Shown: positions 26,995-38,300 of the stretch, piece by piece
Numbering within the stretch: position 1 is the first letter of the stretch
Layout: each line of letters begins with the position of its first letter
Origin: Lytechinus pictus
Lineage: Eukaryota
Direction: 5' to 3'
Length of the DNA stretch: 64,000 bases
Assembly: GCF_037042905.1 (NCBI RefSeq)
Contig: NW_026974141.1
Coordinates: 10,540,001 to 10,604,000, forward strand
Program-made: the position numbers and the translations under genes
Notes under the pieces: model-generated
Database searches by the model: none
The model's input: only the letters and a program-made list of their open reading frames with translations
Told to the model about the DNA's origin: nothing

Positions 26995-27191
26995 ATGACC
27001 ATAGTGTTGTCAGACCATGCATTCCGAATGAACATGGGGTACATCGAAAATTTCACAAAATAACTGCAGGTCTTTACAGTCAAGTGCACCAACACTCACG
27101 TGTATATCATGCAGCGAAAATTAGATCGCCTCCTAGAGACAAGATAAAAAAAGTTCACAAGAAGACCCTCGCTTCTGGTGTCATCCAATTT
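26995..27191 (-). repeat. Diverged direct repeat, candidate 5' LTR of the old BEL
   Basis: Homologous to 13306-13523 and located just upstream of gag. Confidence 0.6.
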
Positions 27192-27395
27192 CCAAAGGAA
27201 TCGATCAGAATACTCAAATTAGCATATCGCTAATTAACCGGTGATAAATAAAGCCTTGGCAATTTACAGGGTGTGCCTTCGATCCTCATCAATGTGAAGT
27301 TTCAAACTTGTACAAAGGATCTGGATCGTGGGACTCACCATCCATGAGGAATTAAACAAAGCAAAAGGGTAGAAACTGGTTCACCACATGACACA

Positions 27396-27485
27396 GGCAT
27401 TAGGCTCCTGTCCGGACCAGACCAGTATTCAGGTTGGTTAGACGTCAAGCTGGCAGACGGCAGTTGGAAAATCATCTGCCCGATT
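27396..27485 (+). pseudogene. Degenerate SRCR-domain-like exon fragment, copy 2
   Basis: Reads GIRLLSGPDQYSGWLDVKLADGSWKIIC; shares the CCACATGA..CAGGCATT context with the copy near 10880. Confidence 0.4.
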
Positions 27486-27649
27486 ATTTGTTACGTTTAT
27501 TCATTTCTTTTACTGGTTTTTTTTTGGGCTGCTATAACGCCAAGCTGGTATATAAGCAATTACAAATGAAACATATATGCCTAAGTTAACCAGGCATAGT
27601 GGCTGATCTTACCGACGACAGAAATTATAATCGACTCTTTTTTTTCTTA

Positions 27650-27735
27650 GAACGGAGGCGATGGCAGAGTGGGTATTCGAACTCACAACATTACAACAAT
27701 GAGTCCAATGTTCTAACCACTAAACCACACGACCG
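27650..27735 (-). mobile_element. SINE tRNA-like head fragment
   Basis: GTGTGGTTTAGTGGTTAG...GAGTTCGAATACCC, degenerate. Confidence 0.55.
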
Positions 27736-27861
27736 AAAACCAAATAGTCTCGAAAAGTACTATATGACTATTTCTGTTACGATTGACAGTTTATCTGATT
27801 GATAACAAATCTGTATTTGAACAAATATTTTCAGTTTCTCTTATTTTAAGCAACACAAACA

Positions 27862-28166
27862 GGTAATCCAACAATTGCTCAACCGACTTTAATTGCTACG
27901 CAAAATGCGACAACTAATCCGCCGATAATTGCTCCGTACAATTGCTCCGCCGATATTCGCTCTGTCGACAATTGCTCCGCCGATATTGCTCCGCCGACAA
28001 CTGCTCCGATTATATGACAATTGCTCCGATATTTGCTCCACTAAATGCGACAATTGCTCCCCCGACATTTGCTCCTCATAATGCGACTATTAATTGCTCC
28101 GCCGACATTTGCTCCTCAAAATGCGACAATTATTCTACCGACATTTGCTCTGCGGACATTTGCTCT
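27862..28166 (+). repeat. Short tandem array of CGACAATTGCTCCG variants, probably the subterminal repeats of a DNA transposon end
   Basis: More than 15 imperfect units visible. Confidence 0.7.
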
Positions 28167-28581
28167 TTCTTTATTATCGTTGATTTGTTTGTAGTTTATA
28201 TGCCAACTGATAATGGGTAGGTAGCATATATATCTTTGTCAGTAGGATAACTGCTCTCCACAACGCACCTGTACGTGTTATACATACTAGTTAAAATCAA
28301 AGCATAATTTACTGTACACAATAACACTAATCCCATTTGAATACTAGAACTCATCGAGTTTTTTTACCCAACTAAACAATTTTTTTTTCAATCTAAACAG
28401 TGAAAAGTTAGAATTTGGTTTGAATTCACAAACACACATAAATATCTTGTTTAATATTATATACACCGCTGTTTACTTGTTAAACGATCGTCAATTGGTT
28501 TCTGAAGATTGAATATGTTACAAATTTGTTATTTAAGATTATAAACACTTCTTTAAGCTGTACGAAATACATAAAACAGTG

Positions 28582-28630
<49 letters not shown>

Positions 28631-28675
28631 TGTGATCAATCTTGGCGATGTACGTGTACGGGTCTCCTTCATAAT

Positions 28676-29178
28676 TATATTCGAGATCAAGTGTATGGAG
28701 AGGGCCGTAGCAAGGTCAATACCTGTCTTCATCAAGCTTTCGGGCACATGCCCTTCATCAGGATCTAAACCAATAAAATACAAAATATAGGCCTACTAAT
28801 AACAATGGTAAATACAATACAATGCAATACATAACGGAGATAAGTAATTGTAGTCCACCCCCGCACACCTGACCTCACTTCACACTTAACTTTACTATAA
28901 ACAACACACTATACTTACGGACCCTACGGTAACTATATATTCTATACTTCGTTACATATTGACTGACCATTACCTTGCATGTATAATTGGTTATTATTTA
29001 TGGACTACAATTACTTATCTCCGTTATGTATTGCATTGTATTGTATTTACCATTGTTATTAGTAGGCCTATATTTTGTATTTTATTGGTTTAGATCCTGA
29101 TGAAGGGCATGTGCCCGAAAGCTTGATGAAGACAGGTATTGTTGACCTTGCTACGGCCCTCTCCATACACTTGATCTC

Positions 29179-29185
<7 letters not shown>
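28676..29185. mobile_element. Penelope-like inverted pseudo-LTR pair inside (TA)n
   Basis: Near-perfect ~180-bp inverted arms (28676-28857 and 29001-29185) flanked by (TA)n tracts; each arm carries a hammerhead motif. Confidence 0.75.
29094..29127 (+). ncRNA. Minimal type I hammerhead ribozyme motif, with a mirror copy on the minus strand at ~28731-28764
   Basis: atc CTGATGA a gggca tg tgccc GAAA gct t gat: catalytic core, stem II, palindromic stem III (AGCT) and a short stem I. Confidence 0.65.
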
Positions 29186-29222
<37 letters not shown>

Positions 29223-29949
29223 ATAACATAAATCAAATAGCATATTTATTGTGTAAAGATATATTTTTCTAAAAATTAAAATAAACTAAAAACAAAATCA
29301 CATTATCATTGTTACACCAGGGCTTAAATGATTGCATGGCGATATATTTTTCCAGATTAACCGAGGATAATGCTGGATATGAATGGAAGAATATTATTTA
29401 TTTTTGCAGTCATTTTCTTTCCCGGTTCAGTCTAAAATCTAAACTCTGGACCTTTCCATTCTTATTTTGCTACCTATATCAAAATGGAAAATTGATTTAG
29501 ATCCGACCAGCTTTCGTTTCAATCCTGAAATGAAAATCTGTTTGTTAATTTATTTGATTTTTTTTTTCTTTTTGCAATGCCAGGTCACTTTAGGTTGTTG
29601 TTGTATCCCTAAATATATATATCATCGGGTTATATCATCCCATGATCATAATGACGAAGCACCGCAAAACCCACAAAAAGTCGCACTGTGTGATTTCAAT
29701 TTTCTGCCATTGATCTCCTTTTCTGCTGTTGTATCACTCTCATGTGATCCTCCTTATCTATTTGTCGTGTTATATCCATATAGGTTTGATTTTTCTGTAT
29801 TTGTATTCTAGTGTTTCCTTATTTACTATCCTTCCACAGTTAAACTTGTATAACTTTGTTTTTTGCCCTTTTTGTCTCCTTGTTTCTAGTGTTGCTGTTG
29901 CATGTCTATGGTCTATATTATGTTTGTTCCACTTTATGTTTGTCATTTT

Positions 29950-29988
29950 GCCTCCGACGAAGATTCTGCTAGAATCGAAAGCTTAGGC
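29950..29988 (+). ncRNA. Hammerhead-like motif (CCGACGA core variant) in a second Penelope-like remnant
   Basis: gcct CCGACGA a gattct gct agaatc GAAA gct t aggc; stems I and II pair perfectly. Confidence 0.55.
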
Positions 29989-32486
29989 CCCTTTTGACTC
30001 TCTGATTTCAATTGGAGCAAATTTAAAGTATTTTAGTCAGAATGTTGAAATTTAAGATTTTGGTGTTTTCTGAAACAGTATACTCTCCTCTATTTACTTT
30101 TTAAAAATAATTGATGTACCAATCAAACCTAAAGTGTAATTTTTTAGTGTATTTAGTAGACATATTTTTAATTGTAATCATGTTTTAACCTTAATATTCA
30201 TCTCTCTTTGAAGTTCTAACATCGATACTTGTTCAAACTAATAGACAGGATGTACGTAATTAGTGCGTCAACTTTGGAGGCCATCTGATAATTCCTTCTA
30301 TTGAAATTCTATTGATTTTAACAGGGGTGTTTAATCTTCCTTTTGTCTACAATACACGTTAGTGAAAGAGTAAGTGCTCTTCAATAGACAAGTGCTTTTT
30401 ATCCCCCTTTTCTCAAAAGGAGTATTCCATGGTAGTGAACATTCTCCTCTTACTTGAGTGGGTTTGGATTAATGATTGCTAATGAGTTATACATCATTAT
30501 AAAGCTTAGAATCTCCTCTTCCAGACGGTAATTTAACTAAAATTTCATTCCTGGCGACTTTTTTGTGGTGCCTGGTGACATATTTACTTTAATATTATAC
30601 ACACTCACAAACAAAATGATGAAGCATTTTACACCACAACTTTTCAAAACGTTTATTGATTTCAGATATACATTTGAAAGAATATAACTTTGCAAAGCAG
30701 ATACTTAATTTACATATCACACTCTAATTTAATCAAATTGCATTTGTACAAAAGATTTCATCAATATCGAAAACAATTTTAGCCACATATAAGACATCAC
30801 CACTCTTACTACTACTACAACCATGACAACTATACTACTACAAGTACAATTACTACATGTACTACTACCTTAACAATACATGCATTACTATTATAACACA
30901 TAATCACTCATTTCAAAACTACATCATTACTAGTATTCATCCTTCTCTTCCTACTCCTACTATAATGAAATAAGGAATGCTATACCGCAATTCAAACACA
31001 CAAAAAAAACAATACTAGGAAGCTGACACTTTTGCTTAGGATCGACCGACTTACAGCTATACTTTTATGAGTTTCGATTTCCTGAAAAACTAGAACCCTG
31101 CATGTTGCCATTCGTATAGTTGGACTAAGCGCAGAGTTTTAAAAACGTCTGCTGGTAAAACAGTGTATGATATTGGAAACGAACAGACCGATTAGTAAAT
31201 TAAAAACCTATGACGTGTTCGGTAAGACGCATCACGTTTCATTCATGAAACCCATTTTCGAGAGTACAGTACGTTAATTCATCCGAGAAGATTGATTATG
31301 ATTATTATGGCCAGTTGCCAAACCATGAGGATTCAAAAGATTTAGTGAATGACTTACTAAACAGCCTATATCCCAATCCATCATTTTTTCATGAAAGATT
31401 GAATTCGTATCTCCAGGAATGGTGTTATCGAGTATTACCCTCAATGCCAAACATGCAAAAAATCTGTATAATAATAGGTTATGCCTTTGGAAGTCAATAC
31501 TCAGCTGGGTATGTAATAATAAAGATGTCATATTTTACCCAGGTTAGTCACTTCAGTTCTGAAAATTGTTCTCCCAGCGGGCCCTGCTAAACATGATAAT
31601 GTTATTGTTACCCCAGCTTTATAGCACGGTTACTTTAATCGGGCGCTCGAGCATTCGAGGAATTTCACCCTACAGTTATGCAATATACATTTTAATCGCA
31701 TTATATTCATGTATATATATATATATATACATATGTATATAATTTTAAAACTTAATCTTCTTAGTATTTAAAGTAGGGTCCTCCTGCAGAGATCCCAGCT
31801 TTTGACAGCTTCCAGCAACGTTGGAGGGAAAACCTGTTTATTTATTCTATTTCCTTCATAATTATCATGCGGGATCTTCCTTCAAGCGTATCAAAATCGT
31901 CCTTAGCAATCGCTTTCTCTATGCGATTCTCTTGCAAGTATATGACTCTTGTCAAGTAGATTTATTCTGAAGAGAGTACCGTAGGTAAATAAATCAGAAG
32001 GAATAGATAAACTCGTATCAACTCGGTCGGTGACCTTTGGCGGTTTTTCATTCATGCGCTGGTAAGTTGAAAGATGGTCGTGAACTTTACCACTTCTCTG
32101 CTGGGTTCGCTTTCTCAACTCTTAAACACGTTGGTATCGCTGGAGATGACCTTGAACTTGATCTTGACACAGACGACAGGAATGAACTGGCAGACCGCAT
32201 GATGAAGGCAATGCAATTGTTGCCCAAGTAACGTTTAGGAAGATGAGACCTTGATGGAGAAAAAAAATTAAGACAATGGTTAAACATGTTGGGGTCATGC
32301 TCTTCAGTTTGTCCAGCACTTCAAGAGCAACTGTTCAATCTTTGAAGTGATTTGGGAGATTAGAATGAGACCCTTATATAATAAGTTCTTTATGATTAGT
32401 ATGATCTTCATCATACCCAATAAGGTTTTCAGGGCACAACTAAATAGCAGAGGATCAGAATCAAAAAATGGTTCCAACCAAAAAGG

Positions 32487-32528
<42 letters not shown>

Positions 32529-32654
32529 TTCTTTAACGGGCGAAATTAACATATACGTTAGGCCCGTAGGTTCGTCTACAGCATGGGCCAGTGTCTCTTT
32601 GATCCCTACATGACACATACTATTTGATTTCATATAGGCCTATATAAGCATAAC

Positions 32655-33188
32655 ATTAGCCTTTACACCAGACCTTTCCGTTGCTCAAAAGCATTTGGAG
32701 ACGTTTTGTGGGCTAGAAATAATAGTTTTCAACCATTTTCGGTCCGGATTTCGGGAAATTATGAAAATATGAATATTCCAAATGCAAAATTATGGAACGC
32801 TTCACAATCTTGTGTTCCATGAAGGATAATATTAGCCTACAAACCAGACCTTTTCAATGCCAAAAAATGCATTTGAAGTTGAAGACGTTTTGGGGGATAA
32901 AAATGTTAGTTTTTAACCTTTTTCGGTCCGGATTTCGGGTAATTATGAAAATATGAATATTCAAAATGCAAAATTATGGAACGCTTCAAGATCTTGCATA
33001 TCATAAATATTGATATTAGCGTTTCTATCAGACCCTTTCAATGCAAAAATAATTTGGAGACACTTTTCGGGCTAAAAATGTTAGTTTTTAACCTTTTTTG
33101 GCCCGGTTTTCGGGAAATTATGAAAATATAATTATTCAAAAATGCAAAAATATGGAACGCTTCACGATTTTGCGTGTCATCCTTGCGC
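32655..33188 (-). repeat. Three tandem ~180-bp units, each containing the U6 3' end plus its downstream flank
   Basis: Units start with ATTAGC at 32655, 32831 and 33015. AAAA(T/A)TATGGAACGCTTCA occurs at 32786, 32970 and 33146. Confidence 0.88.
33146..33188 (-). ncRNA. U6: U6 snRNA, 3' part (nt ~65-107)
   Basis: Reverse complement reads GCGCAAGGATGACACGCAAAATCGTGAAGCGTTCCATATTTTT. Confidence 0.95.
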
Positions 33189-33224
33189 CTGCTACATCTC
33201 AATCTTTTTCATTTTTATTGGAGC

Positions 33225-33444
33225 CTGCAGCCAATGACGTTGCCCCGTTTGCCAACAAAAGGAACAACATATGGGCCAGCCGACCAATCAAAGGCGTCCA
33301 TTCGGCATCTTTCCGTCCGAATCGTCTGCCATAGATCACGTCATAGATCACGTGTCACCACTACTTCAAATTGCTTTCTGACGAAGATCTCTCGAACTTC
33401 GAACGAAAGTTTTTGCCGACCTTCTTCTGCAATCAATTTGACAG
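33225..33444 (+). promoter_or_regulatory. Candidate transposase promoter and non-coding first exon
   Basis: CpG-richer patch with CCAAT boxes (~33231, ~33284), a duplicated CATAGATCACGT with an E-box, and a possible donor GACAG|GTAATT at ~33443. Confidence 0.35.
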
Positions 33445-33920
33445 GTAATTTTACCTTTTCTCATGCCAATATTAGTGTTGAATGCTGATATGATTGTTAC
33501 TGCAGAAATTCTGATAACTCTTGTTATGTTTTGATGTGCCATTAAGTGAAAAATTGGATGAAAAATATGACGAGTTTGTCGCGGTTTGTCAGTTGGAGTG
33601 CACTGACGAGTGATAGCTATTGTTTTTCACGTGTATTACAATGGTCGATTTTCACGCGTGTGTGGTGATGAATTGAACTGGTTTGAACTCTGATTGAATT
33701 ATTGATTAGTTAATACCTATACTAGTAACGGTCTGTGGAGCCTAATCCAAATCCGGTGATTAAGTATTGAGTGTTGTGATGTATTAATATCTACCCGAGA
33801 TCATTATTTGTGTCAAAGGCGTGTGTAGGGGATTGTCTTTATTTAGCTTGACTGTGTCTGTGACTTGTGAGAATTGACTTGAGTTTGATCTACTCTCAAC
33901 TTCAAGTATCATACCTCTGG

Positions 33921-34065
33921 CTACCTCAAGGCCAAGTGATGTTCGTGCAGGATCCACTCCACTTCTCTACCGCTACACTACGCTAGGTGGAGCGTAGACG
34001 TATGTAGCGGTAGTGAAGTGGAGTGGAGCCTGCACGAACATCGCTTGAGCCCGAAGTTGAGGTAG
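33921..34065. mobile_element. Hairpin MITE inside the Dada element
   Basis: Near-palindromic CTACCTCAA...TTGAGGTAG; CCTCTGG duplicated at 33914-33920 and 34066-34072. Confidence 0.7.
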
Positions 34066-35335
34066 CCTCTGGCTAACGTCAGTCTTGATGCCTGATGGTG
34101 GGGGAGGTGTTGACTTAACCACCGTGGAGCACTTAACAACATATTTAGGTGGTACGGGGATGGGCCGCTTTGAATGACCCCCCCTTTTCAGTTCTCTAGA
34201 CTAGATGCTTCATGACAGAATTCTATTTAGATGCCGCCCAGCCCCGGTCGCAAGACCCCCATTAGGCCTTACGAAACATGTCAATGCCCAGACCTAGCCC
34301 TGCCAAAATTGTCCAGTGAGAGCTGCATGCTCGCCTTCTCAACCCACTCCGCTTAGCACCGTAAGCGCCCATACATGCACAGCAAGTGTGCACCGTACCC
34401 CCTGTACCGCGATCCCGTTCCGTCACGCTGCCTGGAATAGAGTAGATAGATCTATATTTAGTTCCCAAGACCGTGTATTTTACTCTTGTCAGTTCCTCAG
34501 GGTGTTGTGAGGCATCCACACCCCCATCTAAACATAATTTTAGTGCCCACCCCCCCCCCCCCCTCCCCATTGGATTTAATTTACAAGATCAAAGTTTAAA
34601 AACTCATTCAATGAAGAAGGTTGTGATTTTCTGTTAACTAGGACTCCTTGTGTGGGAAATGAAGTGGGTAATGTTTGCTTGATTGTTTTTTGCATACTGC
34701 AGTTTGCAGTACAACTAGATATATCATCATTTAACTTTGCTCTGAAATAAATTGAATTATTTCAAAAAAAAATTGTAATGAATTAAAAATTGTAATTGTT
34801 GACTAATACCAGTTATGAAAGTGTTACATCACACTTATTGATATATTGTATGTCCATGTGCAATTAATTCCTTTAAAGAAGTGGAAATTTCATAAAAATT
34901 AGATGTAAATAAAGTTATGACATTTAATATTTTTGCTTAGTATCACAAAACAGTAAATATGCACAGCCTGATCGGTATGGAAATGAGGGGGAGTGATGAC
35001 TTCATGAATTTACTTTTTATTTTGCTTGTAAATACATGAAATATGAAATTTATCCATTTTAATTTTGAAATGAAGTTTTATTCCTCCTGAGCATGTGAAA
35101 TTAACATTGTTTTAATATTTGTTGGTTCAGCAAAGTTAGATGTGGCCTGTGATTCCTGCTAATAATTGTTTTTGTATGTTTTTCTCTTTCTTTACCTCTG
35201 CAGCAATCTCCATAGACATTTGGCGGCCATCTATTTGTTATCTGTTTCGTAGTCAGTCTTTGTTTTGTCTTTCTTGTGTCTCTGTGTGTGTTAGTACTTT
35301 TGTTCTTTTCAGGTCTTTGAAGGAGGGAGGAAGAC

Positions 35336-38300
35336 ATGTTCGAGCCAGCGTTCTTCTACAAAGGCAACATCCTGAGGTTGGGGGATTCAGATAGAGCCAG
35401 AGCCTTCACCAGACCAGAGGGATTCAAGGTACGCCCAGCTGTAGAAGTTGAGAAGGAGGCCAAGAGGGAGGTCCAACGCCTTGGTGGAGACCCAAGTCAT
35501 CGTGTGTCTGTGCTGGCCTTCTCCAGAGTGCAGTTTGGCAAGTACCCAGGACAGACCTTCAAGTGGCTGGTGGAGAATGCCCTGGGATGGTGTGCCGAGT
35601 TGATGTGGAACATGGAGCGGACTGGGGAGAAGTTGGACCCAAAGAGAGACCAGTCCGTCAACAAGTTTGCCCTTAAGGAGTACATCACAGCATTTCCTGA
35701 AGGGTGTGCCGCTGTTGAGATGAAGAGGAAGAAGGGGAAGCGTCAGACAGCAGGATGCAGCCAGAGTGAGAGTGGACGACCTCCAAAGACTGGATCCATG
35801 AAAGATCAAGGTAAGTCATTTTTTATTTAAATTTAATTAAATTTATATTAGAATTTTGAATAAACGGAAATGGGGTGCAAAGAATTTGTATGTTCGTTAG
35901 AGATGTGTAGGAATCCTTTTTATTGAAGTTTATTTTAAAGGTAAAATTATAGTAGATGCTGCAAACAGTTATTTCATGAGAGAGTCTTTGAAAATAACCT
36001 GTATATACTGGTCGGTCTGAAATAGCCCAGTTAAGATAGGGTTAATGTTAATTGCCACAATATTATCATAGATCTACATGTAATAAATTTAAAGTAACTT
36101 TGTGAAATCATGAAATCTTATCTCAAAACCAATAATTCTAACGATCAGTAGTGAGAAGAATGTATATGCGGCACAGTGTATTGATAATGTTTTTAAAATG
36201 CCCAACATATTTTATTTAACTCTGCTTATTTTGCTAATTTATCACCAATGACACATTTTTTTTCCATTAGCTATTAAATGTCATTTTAAGATTGCAACCA
36301 CAAGTGGTGTTTATAGCGTTAATAAATAGAATGATTGTTCATGAATAGAAATTGTTAATAAATATAATTTAATTGTTAATTGCAGTGATGCCACTTATTA
36401 TAGCAAGCTCTCTGACAATTAAGTCATTGGTGATAACTTTCATAAAACATTCCTTGGGATATTTATGACCAAATAGCATAAATATTGACAGTGAATGAAT
36501 ATTAAAATATTAGGTTGATATCAATATGAACTTTATACTTCCCCCAATAGGTGAGGGACAAGTTTTCGATGATGACCTCACTGATGCTCAGTTGATTGAA
36601 GCATTTCTACAACGTTCCTCCTTAGATTCTGCAGGTGCGTATTGTATTATAAGTTAACACATAATGTAAATTTTGTATTGGTCTTTCTTGAAATGGCTTT
36701 GCTAAAAAAAAAACCTACTTGTAATTGAAAAGAGGAGAGGAATGCGAGAGAGCAATAGAGGAGGTGTATAAAATGGAAGAAAGAGAGGAATTTGAGTAAT
36801 GTAAAAAACAAAAACAAAGTAAATATATTAAAGCATAAAAAAAAGGAATTCATTAAAAATTCCATCAAAGCTAAAATGTAGAACATACTCTTCATTCAGT
36901 GTTTTTATATTGTAATGTGTTAACAGGAAATGTGAATGCTCATATTATTTCACTGATCACTTTTTTGTATTTTTAAGAATTTGAATATCCCTCTCCTCTA
37001 ATAATCAATGTTTTGTTTTGTTTTTTCCTTTTAGAAGCCACTACATCAAGAAAAGTGACTTCAACATGCAAGAGAGCAGTAGCAGATGACGGAGATAAGA
37101 CAGGTAAATGTGGTTCATTTTTTCTTTTCTGGACATTTAACTTATGGGACAAGAAATATGTACTGCAACCAATCTAATAAAGTCCAACACTAGATATAAT
37201 TTTTTGTTAGTGTGCACTACACGTGTGGTTATTGAGAATACCTTGAAAGCATTGAAATAAATACATATGTTTCTTTATAGTAGAGACTGTCTTCCCTTGC
37301 ACCTGCCATTTAAGATTGAACTTTTTTGCACGATTAGTGTGAACAATGATTGGATGACACCTACATAGAGAAGAAGTAGCTTGATAATGTAATAACTGTA
37401 ACATTACTTGTACATTATTAGAAGACAAATATTGTTTTCCTTATTTTATTTGCCTTTATTCTCCTGATTTCATTTTTCAATGTACCAGCATGTTACATTA
37501 TTATGATGTGACTTGAATCTCTTTCAAAGATTAATATATCTGTATATTCGTCTAAATTATCTTTGTACTTTTTTTTCCAGAGTACCTCCTGACCGAAGGG
37601 TGGAAGCAGACACTACCACGTCAGGATCATCAGTGGGTTTCACGTGCTTTGTTCAAGGTGTCAGCCCGTGGGAAGCCTGAGTTTGACATGCAGAAGATCA
37701 ACACACTTTGGTTCTTCCCACCTTTACCACAGTTCGCTCAAGGCCAAGCTCCAAAGCCAGCACGTTACTTTGCGACCAAACTGCTGATGTGGATGCCTCG
37801 CAAGCTTTGGGGATTGAAGATTCTTTGTCCCAACAAAGAATGCAACGGTCAGGAGCTGTTATCAGCCGGTGTCTACTCCCATGTGCGACAGGTCATGGAC
37901 ATTGATGGATTCTACAACATGGGTGCTGAGTACCTGGAATGCAGAAAGTGTCACAAGAAGTTCATCAGTTGGAGCAAGCCCATCTTAGACCAACTGGACA
38001 CCAGTCACCGGCTGTCATTCCCGGTCTTGCTCACATACAGGTTAGTGAATATCTTGTCAATATCCAAAGAATATTCCTTTATTTCTTGTTTATGTATAGC
38101 TTTTGCATTGCTTTATTATTATAACACAATTCATATGTCATTGTATTTCTGTTAATTTATTTCTTAAACTTATTGTTTTCAAACTATTTAATTAATTAAC
38201 GTCATTGACTTATTATTATCATTATCTTGTATTTCCCAACTTTGCTTACCTAATTTGTAATATGAAAATACTTTACACTTTACATTTCCTTTCTTGTTTG

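Larger units (their letters stand above)
13306..27191 (-). mobile_element. Old degenerate BEL/Pao element hosting nested insertions
   Basis: Decayed motifs in BEL order: gag (26241-26453 LKERFGSKF; 25839-26090 zinc knuckle), protease (~25300 LDPGS), RT (15477-15701 ADIQAMFHQV; FYVDD ~15250), GWDDPIP ~14865 and RNase H (14486-14730). Bracketed by diverged direct repeats. Confidence 0.8.

Noticed and set aside
27862-28166. Possible CRISPR-like array
   Set aside because: Eukaryotic context, degenerate short units and no unique spacers.
30100-31250. Fragments resembling DNA-transposon ends
   Set aside because: No partner ends or TSDs in the window, so boundaries cannot be defined.
31274-32300. 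Exon-like short ORFs (31315-31590, 32037-32231)
   Set aside because: No recognisable domain and no consistent splice model; cannot be supported without a search.
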